The notes under the pieces are model-generated. The model did no database searches and had not been told where the DNA came from. It saw nothing but the letters and a program-made list of their open reading frames with translations. From positions 2,138 through 66,137 of the forward strand of contig NZ_JAIERS010000019.1 in the NCBI RefSeq assembly GCF_019746665.1: a stretch of DNA of 64,000 bases, given 5' to 3'. This document shows, in pieces, positions 28,969-38,576 of this stretch. The position numbers and the translations under genes are program-made. How positions within the stretch are numbered: position 1 is the first letter of the stretch; each line of letters opens with the position of its first letter. The DNA comes from Sphingomonas sp. GTDB taxonomy: Bacteria; Pseudomonadota; Alphaproteobacteria; Sphingomonadales; Sphingomonadaceae.

Positions 28969-29429
28969 TGCGCGCTCGACCATTTGATTAACATCATCGG
29001 TTCCGATGGGGTAGCGCCGGGCTCGGGCTTCCGCGCGCTGCCCCGTGCCGAACGCCGTCGATCACGTCCCGCGCATGACCGAGGCGTTGCCGGCGCCAGG
29101 CTATCCCGTGGATGCCACGGCCCTGATGATGGACGGCAACGCGATACGCTCTTCACTGGCGGTACTTTCGGATTGAGCGTCGCGCCCGCTATTCCCTGGG
29201 TTAAACTCGGAGCACGGCCATGAAGAACGCTGGCGCGACGTGATCTGTCGATCATCGCAAAGCTCGATCATGTAACGATGACCGCGGCGGTGGCGTTTTC
29301 TTTTGCTTGCCTTGTTGGCGCTATTTCCCGTTAGGTAGGTGCTCTTATCGGCCGGGGTATCGCGATTTACCGAAACTTGAGCAGGGCGAGCGACCATCGA
29401 CCGGCAGTCGCTCATTTGGGGGTGTTGGC

Positions 29430-32400
29430 ATGACGTCGCTCATCCTGACCTTGGCCATGTTCGGCCTGGTCATCGTCCTGCTCGACTTGCGCAAGCGCCT
29501 GGCACTGGCGGAGGAGCGGCTGCGGAAGATAGGTTTCGAGGTGCTGCGGTTGAGCGACCTCGCAGCGGAGCGACCGCCGGCTCCGGCCGAGCCGGTCGAT
29601 CCTCCGCCAAGCGCCGCCCCAACCCGCTGGCGGGAAGCGCAAGCGCCGCCGCGTGTCTCGCCCTTCGCCCTTCCGACCGAGCGCGAGGCGGTGACGAGCG
29701 TGCCGCCGCCCCCCGTCGCGGCCGAGCCGGCGCCGTCCGAGCCAGTCGTGCGCGAGCCGGACGCGCCCGAAACCCAAGCCGAACCCGGCGAACCAGCTGG
29801 GGCCGAGCCCGCCCCGGTCCAGACCAGGCGACCCGCGTTCGGCCTTGAGGACCTGTTCGGGCGGCGCCTGCCGATCTGGGTCGGTGGAATCACGCTGATC
29901 GTCGCCGCCGTGCTGCTCGTCAAATATACGATCGAGACCGGGCTGGTGACCGAGCCCGTGCGGGTGATGCTCGGGCTGATCTTCGGCGCCGGGCTGATCG
30001 CCGGGGCCGAGGCCACCAGGCGCACGCCGGCGCTCGCCGCCGATCCGCGCGTCGCCCAGGCGCTCGCTGGCGCGGGTGTTGGCGGCCTCTATGCCAGCAT
30101 GCTCGCCGCCGCCAATCTCTATGCGCTGATCGCGCCCGAGCTGGCCTTTATCGGCTTGAGCGCGGTGACCGGGCTGGCGCTTGTATTGGCATTGCGCTTC
30201 GGCGCGCCCACCGCGGTGCTGGCGCTGGTCGGGGGGCTCGCGACGCCCGCGCTGGTGCGCTCGGACGCGCCCAATCTGCCGCTATTGTCCGGCTATCTGG
30301 GGGTGGTGATCGGCAGCCTCAGCCTGGTCTCCCGACGGCAGCGCTGGTTCTGGCTGGGCGTCGCCGGGCTCGTCGGCGGCGGCGGCTGGATCCTGTTCGT
30401 GATCGCTTTCTTCCCGCTCGACGGCAGCGCGGTGCTGACCCTTGGCTTGCTCGCCTTGCTGCTCGGCTTCGTCCTGCCGGTCAATCTCATGCCCGAGCGC
30501 CGCGCGCCGCTCCAGGCAGGAGCAGCGCTGTTCGCCGCGCTCCAGATCGCGCTGATTGTCGTCCAAGGGGGCTTCGCGCCGCTTAGCTGGGGGCTGTACG
30601 CGACGCTCGCGCTCGCGCTGCTGTGGTTGACGGGACGCGCGCCGCCGCTGCGCCCGCTGCTGGCGCTGCCGCCTACGACGAGCTTCGCGCTGGTGGCGCT
30701 GTGGCCGATGCCGCCGCCGGGGTTGCTCGCGGCGGTACTGACCGGGACGGTACTGGTCAGCGCGGCGCCCGCGCTCGTCCGCGTCGCGCGCCGGCGCGGC
30801 GATTGGCTCGACACCGGGCTGCTTGCGAGCGTCGGCCTCGCCAGCCTGGTGCTATGGCTCCTGCGCGGGGCGCATCCCGTGCCGCTCCCCGACGTGGGGC
30901 TGAGCGCGCTGGCGCTCGCTTGCGCGCTGCCCTCGGCGCTCGGCGTGATGCTCTGTTGGCGCGACCCAAGCCGCGCGGGCGATGCGCGTTTCGCGGTGCT
31001 GCTCGCTCCTAGCGCGCTGCTGGTGCTGGCGGCGGCTCTGCTGGGCCTGCCCTTCTGGCTCACCCCGGTCGCCGCCGCGTTCGTCGCCGCCGCGCTGCTC
31101 GCGGGCTGGCGAACCGACGACGCGCCGCTCGTCGCGCTCGTCGTCCGCGTGAGCTTTGGCGCAGCGGTGGTATTGCTGGCGATGAGCGGCTTCACACGGG
31201 GCGAACTCACGCGGTTGATCATGGCCGCGCCCGGCGGTCCGCTTGGCGCCGCGCTGCTGCGCTGGGGCGCGGTGACCGCGATCGCCGTCGCGCTCACCCG
31301 GCGCGAGCGGCTCGACCGCGCGCGCCAGACCGTCGAGGGGCATGGCGTACGACCGCTGCCCGACCCGAGCTATGAGCTTACCGCCGCGGTGCTCGGCTAT
31401 GGCCTGATCGCGCAATTCGTGCCGGCGATGTGGTTGCCGATCAGCGCCGCGCTCGGCGTGCTGGCGCTGACCGAGATCGGCGAACGCGGGCATATCGGTC
31501 CGGCGCACCACGCAAGGGGTACACTCGCGCTGGTCGTGCTCGGCTGGGCGGCGGCGCCGCTCGCGCTGTGGATCGGGGCCGCGCTGCGCTCGCTTGCCGG
31601 AATGCCGATGCTGGTGACGTCGGTCCCAACGTTCGATCCGATCCTGCGTCGGTTGCTCTTGCCCGTCCTGATCCTTGCCGCTTCGCTCTGGCGCGGCCGA
31701 AAGGCGCTGCCGCGGCTGCCGCGCGCCTGGGCGACAGGACTGTTCGCCCTGCTCGCGCTGATCACTGCGCACAGCCTTTACAAGCACCTGTTCGCGCTGA
31801 GCGGTGGCGATATGTTCACCGCCTGGGGCCTGGCCGAGCGGACCCTGTGGGAACTGCTGCTCGTCACGATTGGCGCCGCGTTGGCACGCTCAAACGGAGG
31901 GCGGTGGCCGGCGCTCGCGCTGCTTGCCCTCGCGGGCGGGCATTGGACGGTCTATAGCCTTGCGCTCCACAACCCCTTCTGGGCGAGCCAGGCGGTGGGC
32001 GCGCTGCCGGTCGCCAATCTGCTGTTGCCAAGCCTCGCCGTGCCCGCGCTCGCCGTCTGGGCAGCGCGGCGCATCGACCCCAAGCTCGGCGGCCTCCCCG
32101 ACACGCCGGTGCAACTGGGGGCGATGGCGCTGATCCTGCTCTTCGCCTACGCGACGTTGCGGCAGCTGTTCACCGGCAGCCTGCTCAACCTGCCGACGAT
32201 CGCGCCGACCGAGAACCTGCTGCGCTCGGTGCTCGCGATCGTCTTGGCGCTCGGCTATTTGTTGTGGGGCATCCGGCGCGAGCTGCGGATTTGGCGGCTC
32301 GCATCGCTGGTACTGATGGTCCTGGCGGTCGCGAAGGTGTTTTTGGTCGATGCGGCGGGGCTTGATGGCCTGCTGCGGATCGCGAGCTTCATGGGGCTCG

Positions 32401-32453
32401 GCTTCAGTCTGATCGGCATCGGTTGGCTTTACAGCCGCACGCTGCGCGGGTGA
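29430..32453 (+). CDS. Large polytopic membrane protein, DUF2339-like
   Basis: 1,007 aa: N-terminal TM helix, coiled-coil segment, Pro/Ala-rich linker, then >20 hydrophobic helices. The architecture is recalled from DUF2339. Confidence 0.65.
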   Translation: MTSLILTLAMFGLVIVLLDLRKRLALAEERLRKIGFEVLRLSDLAAERPPAPAEPVDPPPSAAPTRWREAQAPPRVSPFALPTEREAVTSVPPPPVAAEPAPSEPVVREPDAPETQAEPGEPAGAEPAPVQTRRPAFGLEDLFGRRLPIWVGGITLIVAAVLLVKYTIETGLVTEPVRVMLGLIFGAGLIAGAEATRRTPALAADPRVAQALAGAGVGGLYASMLAAANLYALIAPELAFIGLSAVTGLALVLALRFGAPTAVLALVGGLATPALVRSDAPNLPLLSGYLGVVIGSLSLVSRRQRWFWLGVAGLVGGGGWILFVIAFFPLDGSAVLTLGLLALLLGFVLPVNLMPERRAPLQAGAALFAALQIALIVVQGGFAPLSWGLYATLALALLWLTGRAPPLRPLLALPPTTSFALVALWPMPPPGLLAAVLTGTVLVSAAPALVRVARRRGDWLDTGLLASVGLASLVLWLLRGAHPVPLPDVGLSALALACALPSALGVMLCWRDPSRAGDARFAVLLAPSALLVLAAALLGLPFWLTPVAAAFVAAALLAGWRTDDAPLVALVVRVSFGAAVVLLAMSGFTRGELTRLIMAAPGGPLGAALLRWGAVTAIAVALTRRERLDRARQTVEGHGVRPLPDPSYELTAAVLGYGLIAQFVPAMWLPISAALGVLALTEIGERGHIGPAHHARGTLALVVLGWAAAPLALWIGAALRSLAGMPMLVTSVPTFDPILRRLLLPVLILAASLWRGRKALPRLPRAWATGLFALLALITAHSLYKHLFALSGGDMFTAWGLAERTLWELLLVTIGAALARSNGGRWPALALLALAGGHWTVYSLALHNPFWASQAVGALPVANLLLPSLAVPALAVWAARRIDPKLGGLPDTPVQLGAMALILLFAYATLRQLFTGSLLNLPTIAPTENLLRSVLAIVLALGYLLWGIRRELRIWRLASLVLMVLAVAKVFLVDAAGLDGLLRIASFMGLGFSLIGIGWLYSRTLRG

Positions 32454-32576
32454 CGCGGTGCCCGCCTTGGCCCCGGCCATAGCTAGACAAGGTCGTTTGG
32501 CCGGACCTCGCTGATGCCGCCACGCTGCACCCGGTCAGAAAGGCTGGGACCACGTTCGCGGGGGAGGACAGCGCGA

Positions 32577-33524
32577 TTATGATGCGCCTGGCGCGCTCGG
32601 CCCGACGATGCCGCGCCCGGACGGGGCGGTGTCCGCCGCGAGCATCTCACGCAGGAAGTCGATGGTGACGCGGACTTTGCTCGGCAGGAAGTTTCGGCTC
32701 GGGTAGATCGCCCAGGCGCTGGTATCGAAATCGGTCGCGGTGACGCGGACGCCCGGGAAACAATCGACCAGGCGTCCGTCGGCAAGATCGCGCGCGATCG
32801 TCCAATCGGCGAGCAGCGCCGGGCCGAGGCCGGCGATGGCGGCGTCGCGCAGGCCGAGCGCGTTGGACATCAAGATCGGGCCATGGACCGAGACCGTGGC
32901 GACATCGCCGCGAGCATCGCGGAACAGCCAACGGTCACGATAGCCCGGCAGCGTGAAGCGCAGCACGGGATGATCGCGAAGCGCCGCGGGGGTCTCCAGC
33001 GGATGCGCGGCCAGCCAATCCGGGCTGGCGACGACGTGGTAGCGGGTATCCGCGAGCTTGGTCACCACGACATTGGCATCGACACCGGGGGCGAGGCGAA
33101 TGGCCAGGTCGATCCCGTCGCGCACCAGATCGACTTGCGCGTCGCTCATCAGCAGCTCGATCGTCAGCGCCGGGAAGCGCGCCTGGAATTGCCCTAGCAA
33201 CGGCACGATCCGCGCCAGCCCGTAGGCGACCGAAACCGAAAGCCGCAGCGTACCAACGGGTCCGCGCCCGATAGCGCGCGCCTCCGCCGCCGCTTCGTCG
33301 AGCTGCGCGACGATCGGCGCGACCCGGGCGAGGTAGAGCGTGCCCGCCTCGGTCAGCGTGAGCTTGCGCGTGGTGCGCTGGAACAGTCGTTCGCCAAGCT
33401 CCGCCTCGATCGCGGCGATGACGCGCGAGATCGACGATGGCTCGACCCGCCGGCCGCGCGCCACCGCCGAAAAGCTGCCGCTGTGCGCGACGTCGACAAA
33501 GACCCTGAGCGCTTCGGTGTCCAC
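32577..33524 (-). CDS. LysR-family transcriptional regulator
   Basis: GTG start. HTH ..FVDVAHSGSFSAVARGRRVEPSSISRVIAAIE... 315 aa. Confidence 0.85.
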   Translation of the reverse strand: MDTEALRVFVDVAHSGSFSAVARGRRVEPSSISRVIAAIEAELGERLFQRTTRKLTLTEAGTLYLARVAPIVAQLDEAAAEARAIGRGPVGTLRLSVSVAYGLARIVPLLGQFQARFPALTIELLMSDAQVDLVRDGIDLAIRLAPGVDANVVVTKLADTRYHVVASPDWLAAHPLETPAALRDHPVLRFTLPGYRDRWLFRDARGDVATVSVHGPILMSNALGLRDAAIAGLGPALLADWTIARDLADGRLVDCFPGVRVTATDFDTSAWAIYPSRNFLPSKVRVTIDFLREMLAADTAPSGRGIVGPSAPGAS

Positions 33525-33531
33525 CGCCCCA

Positions 33532-33552
33532 CCTTTGCAAGATGAGCAAAGG
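33532..33552. promoter_or_regulatory. CCTTTGC-N7-GCAAAGG dyad (LysR-box-like)
   Basis: Perfect 7-bp arms directly upstream of the LysR start, in the spacer shared with azoR. Confidence 0.4.
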
Positions 33553-33631
33553 TCTAATGCAGATGGCCAGGTTTATCAAGTTCTGGAAGGAGAATAGCCG
33601 AGGCGAGACCTTCACTACCAAGGACGACCTC

Positions 33632-34249
33632 ATGACAACCCTGCTCCGCATCGATGCCAGTGCCCGCGTGGAAGATTCATATTCACGCCAGCTTGGCGAC
33701 AGTTTTGAAGCGTCGTGGCGTACGCGCCATCCCTCGGGCGCCGTCGTTCGGCGCGATCTCGCGCGCGCGCCGATCCCGCAAATCACCAGCGAGACCATCG
33801 CCGGCTTCTACACGCCCGCCGAGGCGATGACCGATGCGCTGCGCGACGCGACCTCGCTCTCCGATGCGCTGATCGGCGAGCTCCAGGCCGCGAACGCGCT
33901 GCTGGTCACCACGCCGATGTACAATTTCGGTATCCCCGCCGCGCTCAAGGCCTGGGTCGACCAGATCGTGCGGATCGGACGAACCTTCAGCTATGACGGG
34001 GCGAACTTCACCGGGCTCGTCACCGGCAAGCCGGTCACGATCGCCATCGCTTATGGCGCGGGCGGTTACGGCGAAGGCGGACCGCTCGCCGCCCTCGATC
34101 TGGTGCGACCCTATCTCGCGACCCTCTTCGGCTTTCTCGGCTTCACGGAGATTCGCTTGATGGGGGTCGAGGCAACCACGGGCGATCCGCATACGCTCGA
34201 GACAGCGCTCGACGCCGCACGCACCGCCATCGCCGCGCTCGCCGTCTAA
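33632..34249 (+). CDS. azoR: FMN-dependent NADH-azoreductase
   Basis: MTTLLRIDASAR..SYSRQL....LLVTTPMYNFGIPAALKAWVDQIVRIGRTF. Confidence 0.85.
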   Translation: MTTLLRIDASARVEDSYSRQLGDSFEASWRTRHPSGAVVRRDLARAPIPQITSETIAGFYTPAEAMTDALRDATSLSDALIGELQAANALLVTTPMYNFGIPAALKAWVDQIVRIGRTFSYDGANFTGLVTGKPVTIAIAYGAGGYGEGGPLAALDLVRPYLATLFGFLGFTEIRLMGVEATTGDPHTLETALDAARTAIAALAV

Positions 34250-34273
34250 GCCGCTCATTCAAGGAACCGAGCC

Positions 34274-35065
34274 ATGAACGATATCGATCTTGCCGGGAAG
34301 GTCGCCCTTGTCACCGGCGCTAATCGCGGCATCGGCGCCGCGATCGCCCGCCGCCTCGCGGAAGCCGGTGCCCATGTCGTGGTCAGCGCCCGAAACCAGG
34401 CTGGCGCCCGCGCGGTGGCCGAGGCGATCAGGGCCGCCGGCGGTCTCGCCGATGCGGTCGCTTGCGATGTCACCCGCTATGGCGACGTGGTCGCGGCGAT
34501 CAATGCCGGCGTCGAGCGCCGGGGCCGTCTCGACATCATGGTCGCCAATGCGGGCGCGATCGAGCCGATCGCCCGGATCGCCGACAGCGATCCGGGCGCT
34601 TGGGGAGCGGTCGTCGACGTCAATCTGAAAGGCGTCTATCACTGCGTTCGCGCCGCATTGGCCCTCATGCTCGGCAATGGCGGCGGCACCATCGTCGCGA
34701 TGAACTCGGGCGCCGCCAACGCGCCGATGGAAGGCTGGAGCCATTATTGCGCGAGCAAGGCCGCCGTGCAGATGCTCACCCGCCAGCTCCACAAGGAATA
34801 TGGCGAACACGGCGTCCGCTCGCTTGGGCTATCGCCGGGTCCGGTGGCCGGCGAGATGCAGGCTGCGATCCGTGCCTCCGGCATCAATCCGGTCAGCCAG
34901 CTCGCCGATAGCGCCTATATCCCCGCCGAATGGGCCGCCGAAGCCGTCGCCTGGCTGTGCACCCCAGCGGCCGACCCGTTCCTCGGCACCGATTTCTCGA
35001 TCAAGACCGAGGAAGGGCGCAGGCTGTTGGGCCTGGCGACGGCGGACCAGCGCGAAGCGGTATAG
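34274..35065 (+). CDS. SDR-family oxidoreductase
   Basis: VALVTGANRGIGAAIA (TGxxxGIG) plus the catalytic YCASKAA (YxxxK). Confidence 0.85.
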   Translation: MNDIDLAGKVALVTGANRGIGAAIARRLAEAGAHVVVSARNQAGARAVAEAIRAAGGLADAVACDVTRYGDVVAAINAGVERRGRLDIMVANAGAIEPIARIADSDPGAWGAVVDVNLKGVYHCVRAALALMLGNGGGTIVAMNSGAANAPMEGWSHYCASKAAVQMLTRQLHKEYGEHGVRSLGLSPGPVAGEMQAAIRASGINPVSQLADSAYIPAEWAAEAVAWLCTPAADPFLGTDFSIKTEEGRRLLGLATADQREAV

Positions 35066-35165
35066 CCGCGGTCGGCATCGCCCGCCTTTCAATCCCTGAT
35101 GGCGGACAAGGCGGTGCCGACGGCGCTTGGGCGAAGCGTGGCGGGCTGCTAGGGCGGCGCCCGCG

Positions 35166-37013
35166 ATGCTCAATCTCAACGCCATTATCGTCCGGCTCGG
35201 TGGCCGCACCATCATCGACGGCGCGAGCGCCGCGCTGCCGCCGCGCAGCCGCGTGGGGCTGATCGGCCGCAACGGCGCCGGCAAGACGACGCTCGTGCGC
35301 GTGATCGCCGGCGACCTGGAGCCGGACAGCGGCGCGGTGGAAATGCCGCGCGGCCACCGGCTGGGGTTGGTGGCGCAGGAGGCGCCGGCGGGAAGCGCGA
35401 CGCCGCTCGAAACCGTGCTCGCCGCCGATACCGAGCGCGCCGCGTTGCTCACCGAGGCGGAAACCGCGCAAGACCCCGATCGGCTCGGCGAAATCTGGGA
35501 CCGGCTGGAGACGATCGACGCCCACGCCGCCCCGGCCCGCGCAGCTAAGATCCTGGTCGGACTGGGGTTCGACGAAGCCGCGCAGAACCAGCCGCTCGAC
35601 AGTTTTTCGGGCGGCTGGCGGATGCGCGTCGCGCTCGCCGCGTTGCTCTTTTCGCGCCCCGATGTGCTGCTGCTCGACGAGCCATCGAACCACCTCGATC
35701 TGGAGGCGGTGATGTGGCTGGAGGATTTCCTGCGCGATTACCCCGCGACGATCCTGATCGTCAGCCACGAGCGCGATTTCCTCAACAACGTCGTCGATCA
35801 CATTCTGCATCTCGAACGCGGCAAGCTGACGCTCTACCCCGGTACCTATGATGCGTTCGAGCGATTGCGCGCCGAGCGCCAGGCGCAACTGGCGTCGGCC
35901 CGCGCGCGCCAGCAGGCCGAGCGCGCCAAGCTGCAGGACTATATCGCCCGCAACAGCGCGCGCGCCTCCACCGCCAAGCAGGCGCAGTCGCGCGTCAAGG
36001 CGCTCGCGCGGATGCAGCCGATCGCCGAGCTGATCGACGATCCCAGCCTGTCGTTCGACTTCCCCAGCCCCGACGCGTTGCGCCCGCCGCTGATCACGCT
36101 CGATCTGGCCGAGGTTGGCTATGGCGAAACCCCGGTGCTGCGCCGGCTCGACCTGCGGATCGACCCCGATGACCGGGTCGCGCTGCTGGGGCGCAACGGC
36201 AATGGCAAGACGACGCTCGCGCGGCTGCTGGCGGCGCAGCTGAAGCCGATGGCGGGGAGCATGAACGCCTCCTCGCGGATGAAGGTTGGCTATTTCACCC
36301 AGTATCAGGTCGAGGAACTGGATCGCGCCGATACCCCGCTCGAACATATGACACGGGCGATGCAGGGCGCGACGCCGGCCGCCGTGCGCGCGCAGCTCGG
36401 CCGCTTCGGCTTCACCGGCCCCAAGGCGACGACCGAGGTCGGCAAGCTTTCAGGCGGCGAGCGCGCGCGGCTGGCGCTGGCGCTGATCACCCGCGACGCG
36501 CCGCACCTGCTGATCCTCGACGAGCCGACCAACCACCTCGACGTCGATTCGCGCGAGGCGCTGATCCAGGCGCTCAATGGCTATGACGGGGCGATGCTGA
36601 TCGTCAGCCACGATCGCCACATGCTGGAGATGACCGCGGATCGGCTGGTGCTCGTCGATGGCGGCACCGCGCGCGAGTTCGATGGGTCGATCGACGATTA
36701 TGTGCGCTTCATCCTCGCCGGCGACACCGGCAGGGAGAGGCCGCGGGGCGGGGCCAAGGGGGCCGCGCGGCCACGCGGCGCGACGCGGGACGAGGCCAAG
36801 GCGCTGCGCGGCCGGCTCCGGGCCGCCGAGGCCGAGCTCGCCCGGCTCACCGCCGAGCGCGATGCGATCGACCAAGCGCTCGCCCGGGTCCACGCCGGCG
36901 CGAACCCCGCCGAGCAGCTTCGCCGCCGCGCCGCGATCGAGGCCGCCATCGCCAGTACCGAGGCCGCCTGGCTGGCGGATGGCGATCGGCTCGAAGCGCT
37001 CGAGGCGGGGTGA
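35166..37013 (+). CDS. ABC-F family ATPase (two ABC domains, no TM domain)
   Basis: GRNGAGKTTL / LSGGWRMRVALAALL / LLLDEPSNHLD, then GRNGNGKTTL / LSGGERARLALAL / LILDEPTNHLD, followed by a C-terminal coiled coil. Confidence 0.9.
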   Translation: MLNLNAIIVRLGGRTIIDGASAALPPRSRVGLIGRNGAGKTTLVRVIAGDLEPDSGAVEMPRGHRLGLVAQEAPAGSATPLETVLAADTERAALLTEAETAQDPDRLGEIWDRLETIDAHAAPARAAKILVGLGFDEAAQNQPLDSFSGGWRMRVALAALLFSRPDVLLLDEPSNHLDLEAVMWLEDFLRDYPATILIVSHERDFLNNVVDHILHLERGKLTLYPGTYDAFERLRAERQAQLASARARQQAERAKLQDYIARNSARASTAKQAQSRVKALARMQPIAELIDDPSLSFDFPSPDALRPPLITLDLAEVGYGETPVLRRLDLRIDPDDRVALLGRNGNGKTTLARLLAAQLKPMAGSMNASSRMKVGYFTQYQVEELDRADTPLEHMTRAMQGATPAAVRAQLGRFGFTGPKATTEVGKLSGGERARLALALITRDAPHLLILDEPTNHLDVDSREALIQALNGYDGAMLIVSHDRHMLEMTADRLVLVDGGTAREFDGSIDDYVRFILAGDTGRERPRGGAKGAARPRGATRDEAKALRGRLRAAEAELARLTAERDAIDQALARVHAGANPAEQLRRRAAIEAAIASTEAAWLADGDRLEALEAG

Positions 37014-37035
37014 GACCGCGCCGCGCGACGGCTGA

Positions 37036-38370
37036 TCAGGGAACGCTCCACGCCGCGAGATTGGGCTCGTTGCCGATCTGCGCGAGACCATAGGCGATCG
37101 AGGTGAGCTCATCGCCGCTGGCGATGCGCTCCGCCCCGAAGCGCCGCGCGAAGCGATCCCGGATCGCGGGGATGAGCGAAGACCCACCGGTCAGGAAAAC
37201 GCGGTCGATCGCGGCGGCGTCTAGCTTGGCTCTGGACAGCGCGAGCGCCATCGCCGCTTCGATCCGGTCAAGGTCCTCGGCGATCCACCCCTCGAACTGC
37301 CGCCGGCTGACAGGGACCGCGATCTCCACCCCGCCGCCCGAAAAGGTGAACTCCGCCGCCTCGGCGATCGACAGCGCACGTTTCACCCGGCCGACGGCTT
37401 CGTAGAGCGGCAGGCCCTGTTCGTGCTCGATCAGCGCGATCATCCGCCCGATCGGCGCGGGATCGATCGCGTCGCGCTGGAGCTTGCGCAATTCATCGAG
37501 CGTGCGGCGATTGCGCATCAGCGCCAGCCGGGACCAATCGGCGAAGTCGCTGAAATAGCCGCCGGGAATCTCGAGGATCTTGTCGAACGAGCGGTAGCGA
37601 CCTCCTTTTCCGAGCAGCGGCAGCACGAGGTGATCGATGATCCGCTTGTCGAACCGGTCGCCGGCGATGCCCACGCCCGCCGATGCGAGCGGCTGGCACC
37701 GCGTCGCGCCGCCGGGTCCGCTGACCCGCACCACCGAGAAATCGGTCGTGCCGCCGCCAAAGTCGGCGACGAGCAGCGTCGCGGGCCGATCGAGCCGCGC
37801 GGCAAAGCCGAACGCCGCGCCGAGTGGTTCATAGACATAATGGATTTCGCTGCCCCAGGCCGCCAGCATCAGATCGTAGCGCCGCCGCGCCAGCGCCGGA
37901 TCGGGGCGCGCCCCGGCGAACTCCACCGGCCGGCCAACGACGATGCGCGGCGGTAACGACCGCAACGGCGCACCGGCATGAGCCCTGAGTTTTTGCAGAA
38001 ATAGCTGTCCCAGATCCTCGAAGCGAAAGCGCCGGCCGAAGATTTGGGCATGTTCGAACAGCGGACTGGCCGCGACCGTCTTGAACGATTGGAGGAACCG
38101 GCTGTCGAGCGGCGATTGCAGATATTCGGCGATCGCCCAGGGGCCAGCCTCGCTGGCAATCCCGTGCAGCCCTCTTTCCTCTTCCCAGAAGCATAAGGCG
38201 GAGCGAAAAATCTGGCTGCTCGCCATCTCCCCCGGAAACGGGACGAGGCGCGCGTCACCGGCGCCATCGCTGAGCGCGATCACGGTGTTCGTCGTGCCGA
38301 AATCGAGGCCGAGCGCGGTGGGCGCCTCGCCAGTCACGATAGCGTGCCTTTCCGAACAAGCGACGGTCAT
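37036..38370 (-). CDS. Hsp70-family (YegD-like) ATPase lacking a canonical substrate-binding domain
   Basis: GLDFGTTNTVIAL (phosphate 1) and VADFGGGTTDFSVV (phosphate 2). It is 444 aa, shorter than DnaK. Confidence 0.8.
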   Translation of the reverse strand: MTVACSERHAIVTGEAPTALGLDFGTTNTVIALSDGAGDARLVPFPGEMASSQIFRSALCFWEEERGLHGIASEAGPWAIAEYLQSPLDSRFLQSFKTVAASPLFEHAQIFGRRFRFEDLGQLFLQKLRAHAGAPLRSLPPRIVVGRPVEFAGARPDPALARRRYDLMLAAWGSEIHYVYEPLGAAFGFAARLDRPATLLVADFGGGTTDFSVVRVSGPGGATRCQPLASAGVGIAGDRFDKRIIDHLVLPLLGKGGRYRSFDKILEIPGGYFSDFADWSRLALMRNRRTLDELRKLQRDAIDPAPIGRMIALIEHEQGLPLYEAVGRVKRALSIAEAAEFTFSGGGVEIAVPVSRRQFEGWIAEDLDRIEAAMALALSRAKLDAAAIDRVFLTGGSSLIPAIRDRFARRFGAERIASGDELTSIAYGLAQIGNEPNLAAWSVP

Positions 38371-38401
38371 TCGCGGGGGTCGCGCCTATTGCACGGGGTG
38401 C

Positions 38402-38480
38402 GCGCGGTAACAAGCGGCCTTCAAGCCGTGGGTTTCCCCGGTCGCCGGCCGCGTTACCGCGCTTGCCCGCCCCGGTAACG
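38402..38480. repeat. Three GGTAAC-core segments forming mutually exclusive hairpins
   Basis: GCGCGGTAAC-AA-GCGGCC (38402-38419) pairs with GGCCGCGTTACCGCGC (38447-38462), giving 16 bp with a 2-nt bulge. CGTTACCG (38452-38459) can alternatively pair with CGGTAACG (38473-38480). Confidence 0.5.
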
Positions 38481-38576
38481 AGGCGGGAGGCATCGGCGCG
38501 AAGGGGCAGGCGGCGGCCGATCATGCCAAGCCGGCGGTTTTGGTGGCAGTTATGCGTTGCTCAGCCCGTCGCGGGT

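Noticed and set aside
29075-29176. A 33-codon ORF (MTEALPAPGYPVDATALMMDGNAIRSSLAVLSD) in the 460-nt gap before the DUF2339-like gene. The MDGNA.. stretch vaguely recalls the start of a small conserved protein family.
   Set aside because: It is too short, has no RBS that I can see, and my recollection of the family is not solid. At best it is a decayed remnant.
17325-35100. Calling the post-tRNA region an integrative genomic island or ICE.
   Set aside because: I could find no integrase, recombinase, transposase, conjugation gene or direct repeat of the tRNA 3' end. Only the gene content and a pseudogene fragment suggest variability.
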